This document shows, piece after piece, positions 27,301 through 37,985 of a DNA stretch of 64,000 nucleotides; positions within the stretch are counted from its first letter, which is position 1, and each line of letters begins with the position of its first letter. Origin of the DNA: Stegostoma tigrinum (taxonomy: Eukaryota); NCBI RefSeq assembly GCF_030684315.1, contig NC_081379.1:13091667-13155666 (forward strand), read 5' to 3'. Under the pieces are notes generated by a model. The model ran no database searches, was not told where the DNA came from, and saw nothing but the letters and a program-made list of their open reading frames with translations. Both the position numbers and the translations under genes were made by a program.

Positions 27301-30300
27301 TTCTTCACAGGCGCTGCCAAACCTGCTCAGCTTTCCCAGCAACTTCTGTTTTTCTTCCTGATATACAACATCCGCAGTTCTTTCGGTTTTTATTTAGCCT
27401 GGAACTTGGTTGAGATTGTTGGTTGTAGTTGGCTTGTGAGAAGGGAGAAAAAAAATGAATGGAAACAACAGCAGAAAGTAGTGAAACTGCCTCGAGTGAG
27501 ACCAACCACTACAGATTAGGATGATTCTGACAATGAGTCCTGATGGATTGGCTGGTGTTTGTTAGTAGCATCGTTGACCTCCTTGTCCACAGACAAAGAA
27601 GAAGAGATGTCAGTCAGTGTTTCTTCTCCTGGTCGCTAATCCAGTGACTCTTGCTGGAAAATACACTCACATAGATGTCAGGTAAGGTCAGAATTGAACT
27701 TTGCTATGATGTTCTTTGTAGTCAACTATCTTGTCAGAACTCACTATCCAAGTCATGCATGATAAACTACCATTTGGCTGTCAAATAACAGGCTCTATGT
27801 CAAAAACAGAAATTGCTGGAGAAACTCAGCAGGTCTGGCAGGGTCTATGAAGAGATGCTACATGTGACTTTTTGTCTAGTTCTGCGATACTGCTTTGTAA
27901 ATTGTTAGTAAAAGGCTTAAATATGCATATTGTTAATAATGTGCAGGTCCATTATCAATCCCTTCATCATTGACCTTAGATTTTGGCTCTCTTTCTCTTT
28001 CAGACATTGCCTGACCTGGAAAATACTGTATTTTTCTGTTCTTATTTCAGGTTTCTAGTATCTGCAGTATTTGAGAAGATAAATGAGCTGGAACTAAATC
28101 TTAAAAACAATATATTATTTCAAGATTTAACAGCTCCCATTGCTTCAAAATGTTGATACTCATTGCTGGTTGTTTGTGAAATAACTTTTGAATTTCTTTG
28201 TCAGCCTGCACTGAACTAAACTTGCTAAATGCTTGTTTGAGACAGGAGGACCGTGGACGAATTTGGGACCTCTTCACACCACAGTTTCGAATAACCACTG
28301 TCCTTTTATGGTTCATTTGGTAAGTGTATTGTTTAAGATCAAATTAATACAATTTTATTGTTTTCAAATTGGTTTGTCCTAACTACCTTTTAACAATCAA
28401 TTAATTATTTATTTTATTCAGCGCACCCAGTGATTAAACCAAGAGTTTTGTTTTACTCTGAAATCTCCGTCAAAGATGAAGAGACGTTCTAACATTAGTT
28501 TATCCATCTGCATTTGCACTGAGTATAAATAATAAACAAGGTGCGAAGTTGAAGTGAGCTCAGTATTATTTCAGGACACAGAGATACGAAGCACCATGGT
28601 CACTCCTTTTTGATGGCTACTATCTCAGCTCCTTTGGCCCTGGAGTAATCACACCACCTTCCCATCCATTGCTTTTTGTATCCACAATAGCTGTATTGTT
28701 GTAAGCCACAGCTGGCTAGTCAAGTAATCCATAAAATGCACGGTCAATAAAAATAAATGTTCACTCTCTCATCCTCCCCTGCTGCCAGCACTTAACAAAA
28801 ATGTGTTGATTTAAATGGGAGCACATATATTCTGAATGGATCAGTTCAGACTATTTGCCTGTGTCAAAATTTGGAAAATAACACAGAGCACCCTATTTCT
28901 CATATCCTTCAATCTCATGTAGAGCTTCTCAGGTTGCTGGTTTCCCCTGTGACATTGATGTATTATGTGCTCACTTTCACAAATCTTGGTTTTTTTTGTA
29001 TTGGTTGACAATTTGGATGCAGAATTTTTTTTTGTCCCCGTTAGCCCTCTCATTGCTTTCACTGTATAGTTTTTTGGCTGAAGAGAGAAATAACACAATT
29101 ACTGAGTTTCCAAAGGCTGACGGGAAATAGAGAAAATTTTGGCTTTCTGATTAAAAATGCAGAAAGGTGTGAACATTATGCTTGTAACAGAAATTGAAAG
29201 TTGGAAAGAATCTATCAGTTTGATGGATATATTTTAATCCTTTTATCTGGAGTAATTTTAACTAATGCTATTCTAGACAACATCCCTGAAAAGAGACAAG
29301 ATATGGAGAACACAAGGTTACATTGCTCAGTGGTTGTGAATAACAATACACAGTTTATGTTTTTAGGTTTTCCAATGCTTTCTCCTATTATGGACTGGTT
29401 CTATTAACCACAGAGCTTTTCCAGGCAGGTGATGTGTGTAGCAGTAAGTACACCTCCTGATTATTCCAGTGTTGTAATGGGGGAGTAGTGGGAAAATCTC
29501 ATTGATCCGTGTTTGGCTGTAGTTCTGAAAGCTGCTCTAATGACTTATAAATTAAATGAGGAAATATTAAAATAACCACACTGGCTACATAATCATGTTG
29601 GAATCAGCTTAACTTCAATAACTAAATTCCCCAAACAGAATACTGTGTGGAGTGAATTGTCATCTGTACCAGTGAATCAGATTGCTCACTCGTTCTACTG
29701 TGCTATATTGATATATTGTGTGGGAATCTCAGTCAAGACATTCATATTGCTTATTCAAGTAAGGAGTCCATGTAGAAAGTGAATAAGCAATGCCACTCCT
29801 GTGATGAATTTTAAAGGATGCTGCAGCCAGAAGCAGCTTTAAAAGTAATCTTTAGTACAACTGCACTTCAATTTACAATCTCATTTTAACCTTTCAGCTA
29901 AGTTTTATATGGACAAATTATAGTTTGTCATCTGCTAAGTAATGCTTCTGTCAGCTCCTACACCCAGTCCTTTTTCTTCTTGGTTGTCTTTTTGGTTTAT
30001 TTTTAATTGCCGTTACTTTTTTGACCTGTTTTTGCAGCTTCAAACTGAACTGAATATAAACTTTTCCTCCCTTATGTCACTTACATGTTGATACCAAGAC
30101 TTTTAGCAGCATTTCCCATTCTGCGTTTGTTTGCTCAGGGCCTCAAGTGTGTGGAAATCCTTACCTTGCTCCTTCCATTGACTTTGAAGCTCAATCACGA
30201 CATCACCTAACTTCTTGACTGAGAACTTCTTGCATTTTCAGTCATAACACTGCATTTAACTTTATACCAGAAAGAAACCAAGTCAACAATTATTCAATGA

Positions 30301-33300
30301 CACATTTCTGCTGTTGTTAAATTACAAGTTATGGGGGATGATGGCTGTAAGGAAGATGATGACTCTGTAGAGTAAAATCAAGAACACATTTCTTTTGAAT
30401 ATTACATGTGAATCTCTTCAAGAGATAAAGGAGATAAAGTTGGCAAGCGAAATAATCTGTGAGAATAATATTCATTTGGCATGAGTACATGGATGGAAGA
30501 TAATGTTCCTTCATTTTTTTAGTGTCGACAAGTGGCAAGAAACCTGAGGGAAGGTGTACACTGGAATGTAAATACTTAAATGCTACTGACTACACAGACC
30601 TTCTTTGGACCACATTGTCAGAATTTCCAGGTGAGAATTTTGGGGATGTTCTATTTCTGTATTCTTGCTGGGGAGTACTGAATGGATTTATCAGTGGGTG
30701 GTGGAAAGGGGAAGAAAATTAGGAGATTAGCCTAATATAAGCTTGACATCATCTACAACAAAGCAGTTTACTTCAGTGGCAGTGTACAGTAATGTATACC
30801 ATTCATAAGATGCACTGCTGTAACTCAACAAGGTTCCTTAGACAGAGCCTTCCTAATCTATGACCACTACCACATAGAAGGACAAGGGCATTAAATACTT
30901 TGGAAAATTATCACCTGCAAGTTTCCAACCAAGTCACACATTTTCTTGACTTGGAAATATATAGCTGTTCCTTCTGGGTCAAAATCCTAGAACTTCCTTT
31001 TGACTGGCACTGTGTGCATGACTCCACCAAGGCTGCAGCAGCTCAAGAAGGCAGCACATCACCGTTTTCTCAAAAGCAACTAGGGCTGTGCAAGAAATGC
31101 TTGATAAGCTAGTGATGTCCATATTCTTTGAATGAATGTAGAAACAAAAGACATGAGTAAACTCTGCCTGGAAGTCCCATGGTCGTGGAGCGTGTGGATT
31201 TCACAGTGTCGAGTCAAAGTAGTTGGCGATAACTTTTTAAAAATCATGTAGAAAAGAATAATTTGTGCCAATTAAGTCAAACTCCATGAGTCGGCATCTG
31301 GGTTCATCATTCACATGGGCACATTAATCTTTCCGCAGGTGTCTTAATAACATTATGGATTATTGACCGGATTGGACGAAAGAAGACAATGGCAGTGTCT
31401 TTCCTTATCTTTTCATTTTTCTCTCTGCTGTTGTTCGCATGTGTTGGGAGGTAATTTTCTTATTCCTCTTTAACTTCCTTTGTATTATCAACAAGGGCAA
31501 ATAATAATGCACATGATGAACAGTTCTCCCAAAATAGTGATCTTATACCATTTAACTGATAATCTGTCATTATGACTATGAGTGCTGCATTGAATATTCC
31601 CACTTTATGGCCTGTTAGAAGATAATTGGCTCTTTTCTAAGGTCAGAAAATGGTTGACCATTTTTTAAAGATTGTTTTTCCCCTTTAAATTTACAGTTTG
31701 AAGTTTAACAGACAGGTGCCTGAGCACCTGAAGATCAGTATTTGAGTTTGACCCAGAGCAAACCAATCATTTAATTTTGTATTGCAAGGCTTCAACGGCA
31801 GAAAAAATGCAAAGTTATGTTTTCCTTAAGTGTTCCCAGAGAATTGGAATGTTGTTTTTAATTACATTCTTGCTGTTGCTAAGAAGCACTGATGTCGGAG
31901 CTAGAATAAAGTGTCAGTTTCAGACAGTCATGATTGGTCTCAAATTGTGGGGTTGGTCACTGGTGACTTGACAATGGGAAAAATTACCTAAAAAATTGTA
32001 TATAAAAACATTGAAATGCATTTTGGTTGGTGATAGCTTTTGCAATCATACACACAACAGAGAAGAGGGGATAATTTTATATTAGAAATAGGACCGATTC
32101 AGAGGTTTTGAAAGGGAATAAAGCAACTTGAGTAAACTAAATAAATAAGGTAGACATTATTACAAAGTTATACATTTTAATTTCAGAAAAGAAGTCTTTT
32201 TTACCAGATGATATGTAATTTCAGCACATTTTTTCTTTTACAATGACAGCCTGTGTTGTTTATACTTCAGGATAAGCATGAAAAATTGCACTCCAAATCT
32301 GCGACTACAATCTTGAGCAACACTGTGTGTGAACTACTTTAATGTTATGTTAATACGCTATTTACAAAAAATCCTTAAATTGTCCCAGCCATCTTTGACA
32401 AAAGTTAATAGGGCTAGGTAATTTTAAAATACCCTTTACAGACACAACCTAAGTCTGAAGAGAAGCATCAGTGTACTACACCTTTGCTGACTTTTAAACA
32501 TGAACATTTCTCACACTTGTCGTTACTTTTTAGCTTGTTATGAAAAAGTAGTTTACATGAAAATTTCACAAGGCCAAAACTTCAGTGTACAAAATCAGTC
32601 CTTGTGACAAAACTAATTGGGTTTTAGGCTACTTTAGGCTACCAAATACCCAGTTGTAGATATTCCTAACGGTGAACTTCACTGGAGACCGCACCTCCTC
32701 TGAATTGTTGCTGGGTTCAAGTGACAATGTGAGGTATCACATTGGTTGCAGAGAAACATTTTATTAGGAATGAAAGAACCTGAACCCCTAGGTCTCTCTG
32801 TTTGACAACACTACCCAAAACCCTACCATTTAACTGTATAAGTCCTGCACTTGTATGTTTTGCCAAAATGCAATACCTTGCACCTATCCAAATTGAACTT
32901 CATCTGCCACTTCTCAGCCCATTGGTCCAATTGATCAAGAACTCTTTGTAATCTTAGATAACCTTCTTCACTGTTGACTATACTACCAAAGTTTCTAACT
33001 ATGCCTCCTAAATTCTCATCCAAATTGTTTATATAAATGACAAAGGTGGACCCAACACTGATACTTGTGAAACACCACTGAACACGGGCCTCCAGTCCAA
33101 CCCTCCACCACCATATTCTGTCTCCTACTGAATTTTGTATTCAATTGGCAAGATCTCCCAGAATCCCATGTGATCTAACTTTATCAATCAGTCTACATGC
33201 AAAACTTTATCAAAGGCTTTACCAAATTCATGTAGACATTTTCTACCACTCTGCCCTCATCAACCTTTTTGTTTACATCCTGAAAAAACTCAATCAAATT

Positions 33301-36300
33301 TATGAGACATGATTTCACATGCACAAAGCAGTGCTGACGATCCCTAATCAGTCTTTGCCTTTCCAAATGCATGTGAATCTTACCGATTGGAATCCCCATC
33401 AACAACAACCTACACCACACCCGGCACTTTTCCCTGCAGCCGCAGGAAATGCTACACCTGCTCCCCCCTCATCCCCATCCCAGGCCCCAAGAAGACTTTC
33501 CATATCAAGCAGATGTTCACCTGCACATCTGCCAATGTGGTATACTGCATCCACTGTTCCTATTGTGGCCTCCTCTACATCAGGGAAACCAAGCGGAGGT
33601 TTGGGGACCACTTTGCAGAACACCTACGCTCGGTTCTCATGAAACAACAGCACCTCCCAGTCACAAACCCTTTCAACTCCCCCTCCCATTCCTCAAACAA
33701 CATGTCCATCCTGGGCCTCCTGCACTGCCACAATGATGCTACCTGAAGGGTGCAGGAACAGCAACTCATATTCCACTTGGGAACCCTGCAGCCCAATGGT
33801 ATCAATGTGGACTTCACAAGCTTCAAAATCCCCTCTCCCCCTGCTGCATCCCAAAATCAGCCCAGCTCATCCCCGCCTCCCTAACATGTCCTTCCTTCCA
33901 CCTATCACCTCCTCCCACCTCAGGCCCTACCCCCATCTCCTACCTACTAACCTCATCCTGCCCGCTTGACCTGTCAGTCCTCCCTGGACTGACCTATCTC
34001 CTCTCTACCTCCCAACCGACACTCACTTTACTGGCTCCATCCCCGCCTCTTTGACCTGTCTGTCTCCTCTCCACCTGTCTGCTCCTCTATCCATCTTCTA
34101 TCCGCCTCCCCTCTCTCCCTATTTATTTCAGAACCCCCTTCACCTCCCCCATTTCTGAAGGAGGGTCTAGGCCCGAAACGTCAGCCTTCCTGCACCTCTG
34201 ATACTGCTTGGCCTGATGTGTTCATCCAGCTCGACACCTTGTTATCTACACACCACTGATATCTGATTTACTGATCTATTGTTCCGAGACTTCTCCTTCT
34301 GGCCTTTCTTAAATAAAGACACTTCTTTTCCACCTTCCAGTCCTCCAGCATCTCACTCATGGCTGTAGATGATACCTATTCCTCTGCTAGAGAGTTCTGC
34401 AATTTCTTGCCTAACTTCCCACAATGTCCTGGAATACATCTGATCAGGTCCTGGAGACTTACCCATCTTTATGTTTTTTAAGGCCTCCACCATCTCCTCT
34501 TCTGTAATGTGGACTGTTTTCAAGACATCAATATTTAATTCTCCGAATTCCCTAGCCTCCACTTCTTGCTTCAGAGTAAGAATTAACGCAAAAAAATTTG
34601 TTTAGTACCTCATCCATCTCCTATGGTTCTCTAAACAAAAGACCTTGTGTCTGTGTGGTTGCTTCCAATTCATTTCGTATTTTCAGGATTCTTTATCTCA
34701 GTTCTAAGAAGTCATACTGGACTCAAAATACTAACTCTCTCTCTACTGTTGCTGCCAGACTTGCTGAGTTTCTCCAGCACTCTGTTTGCTTCTCTCTTTA
34801 TCAGACGGGATGACTGTTTCTCTGCTTCTTTTCTGCAGGTTGGCTCTCACTGTATTCCTCTTTATTGCCAGAGCTTTCATATCCGGTGGTTTTCAGGCTG
34901 CATATGTTTATACTCCTGAGGTAAGATCAATATACAGTTACATGAAAATATTCTAAAGCCAAGGTATTCACTTCCTATGAGTACAACAATGTAACGGTGA
35001 GGTTATGTGACGAGCAATCCAGAAAGTGGCAATTCATGAAGCAGTTTTTAAATTATTCAATAAAAACAAATGTAAAACTGTTGGACTGTCATACTGTCAA
35101 TCTAACTGCTTCACTGATGTCCTTTTATAGGAGTAAATTGGAGGACTTTGTCTAACCAGACCCAAACATTGTTGTATCTTTAACTGCATTTTAATGTGGA
35201 CTAACAAGATAATCAGTTCTCTGAAGCCACCACGGTGATTCAAGAAAACTCACTATCATCTTTTCAAGAATGGGCAATACATGTGGCTTTGCCAGTGATG
35301 CTCATGTTCTGAGGATGCATAAAGAAAGGCTCACAGTTGATGAAATTGGGAGAGTTGAGTACATTTCACTGCTCGGAATTTACAGTATTAGATTGACAGA
35401 TTTTTATAAAACTATCTTCACCTGAGAGTGGCAATTAAAGTTAGAATAAAGATTCTGAGAACAAGAGTTAAATTCAGATTCCCTCAAACAATTTGCATCT
35501 GTGAAGAGGGAGGGGTACACTAAGCACAAATGAACTGTAAGGTGACAAGGATTTTGGGCTAAATGTGCATGAAATTTGTAATGTAAGTATAAAATGGTTG
35601 GCAACTATTAAGTTTAGCTTTCTCCTCCAAGTTCACACACTGCCTGCTGATTTACCACTGCATCATCCACTACCTTTATAACTGTCTCTTACCCCCTGAT
35701 GCCAAAACCCCAGTCCATAACTAAGTATACAAAGGGCCTAGACCCTCGAAACGTTAGCTTTTGTGCTCGTAAGATGCTGCTTGGCCTGCTGTGTTCATCC
35801 AGCTCCACACTTTGTTATCGCGGATTCTCCAGCATCTGCAGTTCCCATTATCTCTAGTATACAAAGGTCTTGTTTTACGGTCTTGTGACTGCACCCTGCC
35901 TCCAATAACTCACACTCCCATATAGCCAATTCATTCAAGACATTGCAACTTGGGTTTGCACCTGCACTGAACCCTGATTTACACCACCAATCTTCTCCAT
36001 GCTGCACTGGCTCTCAATTCTCTGATGAGGTCTCTACAAAATTCTTGTTTTTTTTCCAATTCCCTTCATTGTCTATCACTCCACTGTACTTTAATGATAT
36101 CTTCTTGGTTTAATTCCCCAAATGAATGTTTGCTTTACTAACATTCTCACTTTGTTCCTTATTTCTTGTACCCTACCAGTAGTGGCTGCAAGTTCAATCA
36201 CCTTCTTGCTGGTTTGTGGAGCGTCTGCCCAGTTTCTTCCCCCTTGCAACCTCTGTTCTTAAGAAAATGTCATTTCCAACAAATGTTTAGCTCCACCACT

Positions 36301-37985
36301 CTAAACCTCTCCATTTCTTACTCTTTCCTCCTCTGGTTGTAATTCCTGCTTTAGATTCCTTTTATAGAGGCTGTGAGCAGTAAAGATGCAATACAAAATG
36401 GCTTAGACCAGCTCCAATTATCATCCTTCACTTTATTACCTCATTGGTTTTTCTTTTCTCCCAGGTTTACCCAACTGCAACCCGTGCATTAGGATTAGGA
36501 ACGTGTAGTGGGATGGCACGAGTGGGGGCTCTCATCACTCCTTTCATTGCACAGGTAAAGATGAATATGAATCCCATCCTTCATCTAATTCATTCCAGCC
36601 ACAATGTTCTCATTGGACTGGACTCTACTGGCCCTCCTACAATGAGGTCTGAAGTGACAGGGCCCATTACAAGATGGGAGAATAAGGGTTTGCGTTCCTC
36701 TCACCTTTCCTTCACTATAACACTTCAGAAGTGGCAGAGTCCCTCTTGTATAAAGGCCAATTAGTCCATTTAAGTAGCCAATTATGGGTCTCCTACAGCT
36801 GCTGCTGCCACTTTACCAGCAGTGGAGCGACCACCTGCCACAAGGGCTAACCTGGTGAAATCTGACCACTTCCCCGTTGCCAAGAGTAACGTCTGCCCCT
36901 GCTAACAAACTCAACACTGGGGAGGGCAATTGCTGTTCCCAAACTGGACAAAATCTTTCAAAGTTCTTGCTCCTGAACATTACTCAGTAACTGTTGTTAG
37001 AAAGCAGTTATGTGGATGCCTGCCAAGGACAAGATCATGCTCTGCTGTAATTTGCAAAGTGTCTTTTTACTGCTCACATTCAAACATGAAAATGACCACT
37101 TATAAAGTCTGAAGGTGCATTGCCTTCAACAGTGGAAGTATGCTTCACAATGTGTCACCCAATATATAAACCAACATGTAGCATGAGTGGGCCACTGGGC
37201 CCTTTGAGCTTGCTCTATCATAAGATCATGGCTGATTTGATTACTCCACATTCCCATCTACCTCCGATAACTTTTTATCTTCTTGCTTATCAAGTACTTT
37301 GGTCTGAAAAATATCCAAAATCGCTGCATCCACCATCATCTCTTGGAGGAGGGGGAATGGAGATTAAATACTGTTAATAAAGTGTCTATTGCTCCAGAGT
37401 TGTATTGATGACTGCCATGTCATGATGGCAAAGATGCAAAGTTGTCATCTAATGCCCTGTGCCAGAGAGCAGTGAGATGTAGAGATTTCCACCCATTTTA
37501 CTTTTCCAGCTCTGCCACCAGACTGAATGGGATTGCAGGCTTCCAGACAGTAAAGAAATTTAGACAGTGTTATCCACTACAAAAGCCCATATGCTCATCC
37601 TAGAGGCTGACTTCAGTGAGGTGGCAAAGACTTGAAAGCAGTTTGAGCTTTCAGCTAATGATGACATCTACTGCAAAGAAATAAGGTTGAAATCAAACAA
37701 AGCACTGTCCAGAATCTCTTGCAAAATGTTAACATTTTTATAGCGGAGTGAAGAAAGATGTTTTAGTTTACGAAACCTGTTTTTCCCAACCAGGTTATGT
37801 TGGAATCCTCAATCTACCTGACACTTTCCGTATATAGTGGATGCTGCCTATTGGCAGCCCTTGCTTCCTGTTTCCTACCAATTGAGACGATGGGGCGAGG
37901 CCTGCAAGAGTCCAGCCAGCGGGAATGGGGCCAGGAAATGGTGGGCAGGACACATTGCTCAAGCAGCTCAACCAGGAGCACCTAG
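3292..37985 (+). CDS. SVOP: SVOP, synaptic vesicle 2-related protein (MFS transporter); complete spliced CDS, 16 exons, 1632 nt = 543 aa + stop
   Basis: Manually spliced exons: 3292-3326, 13993-14153, 16081-16166, 19834-19932, 20072-20143, 22861-22985, 23072-23135, 23837-23962, 26295-26423, 28246-28319, 29367-29443, 30523-30630, 31339-31450, 34839-34920, 36465-36554, 37794-37985. All introns are GT-AG with consistent phases. The translation [22 protein letters not shown]...[11 protein letters not shown]...WLPESARY...IDRIGRKKT...[12 protein letters not shown]...[25 protein letters not shown] matches vertebrate SVOP and carries the MFS/sugar-porter motifs. Confidence 0.97.
5690..6720 (-). mobile_element. 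Old degenerate CR1 LINE fragments
   Basis: ccactgatccctgtggtacc...tcaaaagccttcc...aagtccaaat, typical of CR1 RT read antisense. Confidence 0.7.
6734..6864 (-). mobile_element. Penelope-like pseudo-LTR fragment (third family)
   Basis: aagaactgcagatgctg...gttaacgtttcaggtccggtga, same family as 27176-27393; flanked by a caactgcat direct repeat. Confidence 0.7.
6932..7156. mobile_element. Short inverted Penelope-like (Neptune family) insertion
   Basis: Head-to-head pseudo-LTR copies; 15-bp TSD cttagtcaaacatga / cttagttaaacgtga. Confidence 0.8.
7450..7532 (+). repeat. 42-bp tandem duplication at a LINE 5' junction
   Basis: cttccaaacc(a/t)ctctcagtcattagcttaaaacctatatcc twice, one mismatch. Confidence 0.95.
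7533..8377 (+). mobile_element. Young CR1-type LINE 3' fragment
   Basis: ORFs 7541-8041 and 8051-8290 lie in one frame with a single TAG (QMQFNVDKC...[15 protein letters not shown]...RGDLIE...FFTQRVV); (CTATTGT)n tail. Confidence 0.95.
11373..11596. mobile_element. Short inverted Penelope-like (Poseidon family) insertion
   Basis: Same terminal sequence as the 16308-17151 element; 13-bp TSD cataattacttgc at 11360-11372 and 11597-11609. Confidence 0.85.
11529..11568 (+). ncRNA. Hammerhead-like motif, partly decayed
   Basis: UCA-CUGAUGA-U-GUUAC...GUGAC-GAAAU-GUC-UGA; stem III palindrome changed from ACGU to AUGU. Confidence 0.5.
12817..13115 (-). mobile_element. CR1 LINE extreme 3' fragment
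   Basis: (CATAGAA)n tail; [25 protein letters not shown]. Confidence 0.9.
13993..14153 (+). CDS. SVOP: SVOP coding exon 2 ([16 protein letters not shown]...DFANPTD)
   Basis: tttccag acceptor, G|gtagag donor, 161 nt. Confidence 0.95.
14724..15690 (-). mobile_element. Young CR1 LINE 3' fragment interrupted by a 171-bp templated insertion
   Basis: ORF 15075-15689 (204 aa, [14 protein letters not shown]...FFTQRVVRE) continues at 14810-14898 ([23 protein letters not shown]); agaacatagaacat tail. Confidence 0.95.
14901..16011 (+). repeat. Exact 171-bp direct duplication (14901-15071 = 15841-16011)
   Basis: Base-by-base identical from tcacacctcc to acttaaaatta; offset 940 bp. Confidence 0.97.
15700..15870 (-). 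mobile_element. Degenerate Deu-domain SINE (SacSINE1/AmnSINE1-like)
   Basis: aatgccatgggatcttt...ctggagagtcagtcgaga...tctctagagt...cttgaactcacacctcctga resembles the recalled Deu-SINE consensus; a plus-strand relative is likely at about 46570-46690. Confidence 0.5.
16081..16166 (+). CDS. SVOP: SVOP coding exon 3 ([29 protein letters not shown])
   Basis: tttttcag acceptor, gtaagg donor, 86 nt. Confidence 0.96.
16308..17151 (-). mobile_element. Penelope-like element (Poseidon-type), 5'-truncated, with inverted pseudo-LTR
   Basis: ORF 16364-16825(-) encodes a GIY-YIG endonuclease ([19 protein letters not shown]...RIHEH...REFLEAWHS...IN). Inverted terminal copy at about 17007-17151. 14-bp TSD aaatttgaaggctg at 16294-16307 and 17152-17165. 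Confidence 0.92.
16344..16383 (-). ncRNA. Minimal type I hammerhead ribozyme motif (PLE-associated)
   Basis: UCA-CUGAUGA-U-GUUACC-UAGAAU-GGUGAC-GAAAC-GUC-UGA: intact core, 6-bp stem II, 3-bp stem I, palindromic ACGU stem III. Confidence 0.75.
17360..19790 (-). mobile_element. Patchwork of old CR1 LINE fragments
   Basis: gagatcatgactgacctgataat 3' UTR, ctcaactccactttccc, aaccaaaactgttcatagtat and upstream ORF2/ORF1-like antisense sequence. Confidence 0.65.
19834..19932 (+). CDS. SVOP: SVOP coding exon 4 ([33 protein letters not shown])
   Basis: ttttgtag acceptor, gtatga donor, 99 nt. Confidence 0.96.
20072..20143 (+). CDS. SVOP: SVOP coding exon 5 ([24 protein letters not shown])
   Basis: ctttag acceptor, gtgagt donor, 72 nt; MFS motif A. 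Confidence 0.96.
20440..21100 (-). mobile_element. Old CR1 LINE 3' fragment
   Basis: atcatggctgatctg...ctctggtcctagac...cttctaaactccaatga. Confidence 0.8.
21337..21542 (+). mobile_element. tRNA-derived SINE (second family), 5' half
   Basis: gggaggtggtgaccttgtggt...gggtttgaatcccaccatggcagatggtggaat; truncated by a CR1 insertion. Confidence 0.85.
21543..22790 (-). mobile_element. CR1 LINE fragments (young 21543-22462, older to 22790)
   Basis: ORF 21698-22219 with frameshifts; (GAACAAA)n-type tail; cacctgcaaactt (KFADD-like motif antisense). Confidence 0.9.
22861..22985 (+). CDS. SVOP: SVOP coding exon 6 ([42 protein letters not shown])
   Basis: atccag acceptor, TC|gtgagt donor, 125 nt. Confidence 0.96.
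23072..23135 (+). CDS. SVOP: SVOP coding exon 7 ([21 protein letters not shown])
   Basis: atgcag acceptor, gtgagt donor, 64 nt; preceded by an 86-nt intron. Confidence 0.96.
23837..23962 (+). CDS. SVOP: SVOP coding exon 8 ([42 protein letters not shown])
   Basis: ctttcag acceptor, gtaggt donor, 126 nt. Confidence 0.96.
24103..24195 (-). mobile_element. Penelope-like pseudo-LTR fragment (Neptune family)
   Basis: gataacaaggtgtagagctggatgaacacagcaggccaagcag...gggcctagac. Confidence 0.75.
24590..26020 (-). mobile_element. CR1 LINE ORF2 fragment
   Basis: ORFs 25785-25979 ([18 protein letters not shown]), 25452-25700 ([13 protein letters not shown]...SKFADDTK), 25017-25238 and 24713-25027. Confidence 0.93.
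26295..26423 (+). CDS. SVOP: SVOP coding exon 9 ([43 protein letters not shown])
   Basis: tttctag acceptor, gtaagg donor, 129 nt; PES motif. Confidence 0.96.
27176..27393. mobile_element. Short inverted Penelope-like insertion (third family)
   Basis: Near-perfect inverted arms of about 70 bp; 14-bp TSD ttagcctggaactt at 27162-27175 and 27394-27407. Confidence 0.8.
27240..27269 (-). ncRNA. Minimal hammerhead-like motif (third PLE family)
   Basis: CUGAGGA-A-GGGUC-ACCA-GACUU-GAAAC-GUU; stem II has G-U pairs and stem I is weak. Confidence 0.55.
27540..27780 (+). mobile_element. Degenerate AmnSINE2-like element
   Basis: ctcctggtcgctaatccagtgactcttgctggaaa...gatgtcaggtaagg...actcactatc resembles the recalled AmnSINE2 consensus; a 5' piece tgctgagttagctgat lies at about 12290. 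Confidence 0.4.
28246..28319 (+). CDS. SVOP: SVOP coding exon 10 ([25 protein letters not shown])
   Basis: gacag acceptor, TG|gtaagt donor, 74 nt. Confidence 0.95.
29367..29443 (+). CDS. SVOP: SVOP coding exon 11 ([25 protein letters not shown])
   Basis: tttttag acceptor, A|gtaagt donor, 77 nt. Confidence 0.96.
30523..30630 (+). CDS. SVOP: SVOP coding exon 12 ([37 protein letters not shown])
   Basis: tttttttag acceptor, G|gtgaga donor, 108 nt. Confidence 0.95.
30740..31140 (+). mobile_element. 3' end of a second LINE family sharing its tail with the tRNA-SINEs
   Basis: aagatgcactgc...caccacct..gaaggacaagggca...gcagctcaagaaggcag...caactagggc...atgaatg; tail resembles 43600-43670 and 60390-60433. 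Confidence 0.6.
31339..31450 (+). CDS. SVOP: SVOP coding exon 13 ([37 protein letters not shown])
   Basis: ttccgcag acceptor, AG|gtaatt donor, 112 nt; second DRxGRK motif. Confidence 0.96.
32780..34630 (-). mobile_element. CR1 LINE ORF2 fragment, interrupted by a PLE at 33419-34247
   Basis: ORFs 34353-34562 (KSPGPDQMY), 33193-33420 ([11 protein letters not shown]) and 32823-33023 ([16 protein letters not shown]). Confidence 0.9.
33419..34247 (+). mobile_element. Penelope-like element (Neptune-type) 3' fragment nested in a CR1 LINE
   Basis: Cys-rich linker CSRRKCYTC followed by GIY-YIG ([21 protein letters not shown]...F.EH), a C-rich 3' UTR and a pseudo-LTR; CR1 sequence resumes after 34250. 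Confidence 0.9.
34839..34920 (+). CDS. SVOP: SVOP coding exon 14 ([27 protein letters not shown])
   Basis: ttctgcag acceptor, gtaaga donor, 82 nt. Confidence 0.96.
35736..35855 (+). mobile_element. Penelope-like pseudo-LTR plus tail (Neptune family)
   Basis: Same sequence family as 51203-51422; 12-bp TSD agtatacaaagg at 35724-35735 and 35856-35867. Confidence 0.8.
36465..36554 (+). CDS. SVOP: SVOP coding exon 15 ([30 protein letters not shown])
   Basis: ctcccag acceptor, gtaaag donor, 90 nt. Confidence 0.96.
37794..37985 (+). CDS. SVOP: SVOP coding exon 16, terminal ([63 protein letters not shown])
   Basis: aaccag acceptor; TAG at 37983-37985. Confidence 0.96.
   Translation, partial: VMLESSIYLTLSVYSGCCLLAALASCFLPIETMGRGLQESSQREWGQEMVGRTHCSSSSTRST

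Noticed and set aside
28588-28608. RE1-like gaagcaccatggtcactcc (similar half-sites near 9701 and 47221)
   Set aside because: The right half-site is too divergent; consistent with chance.
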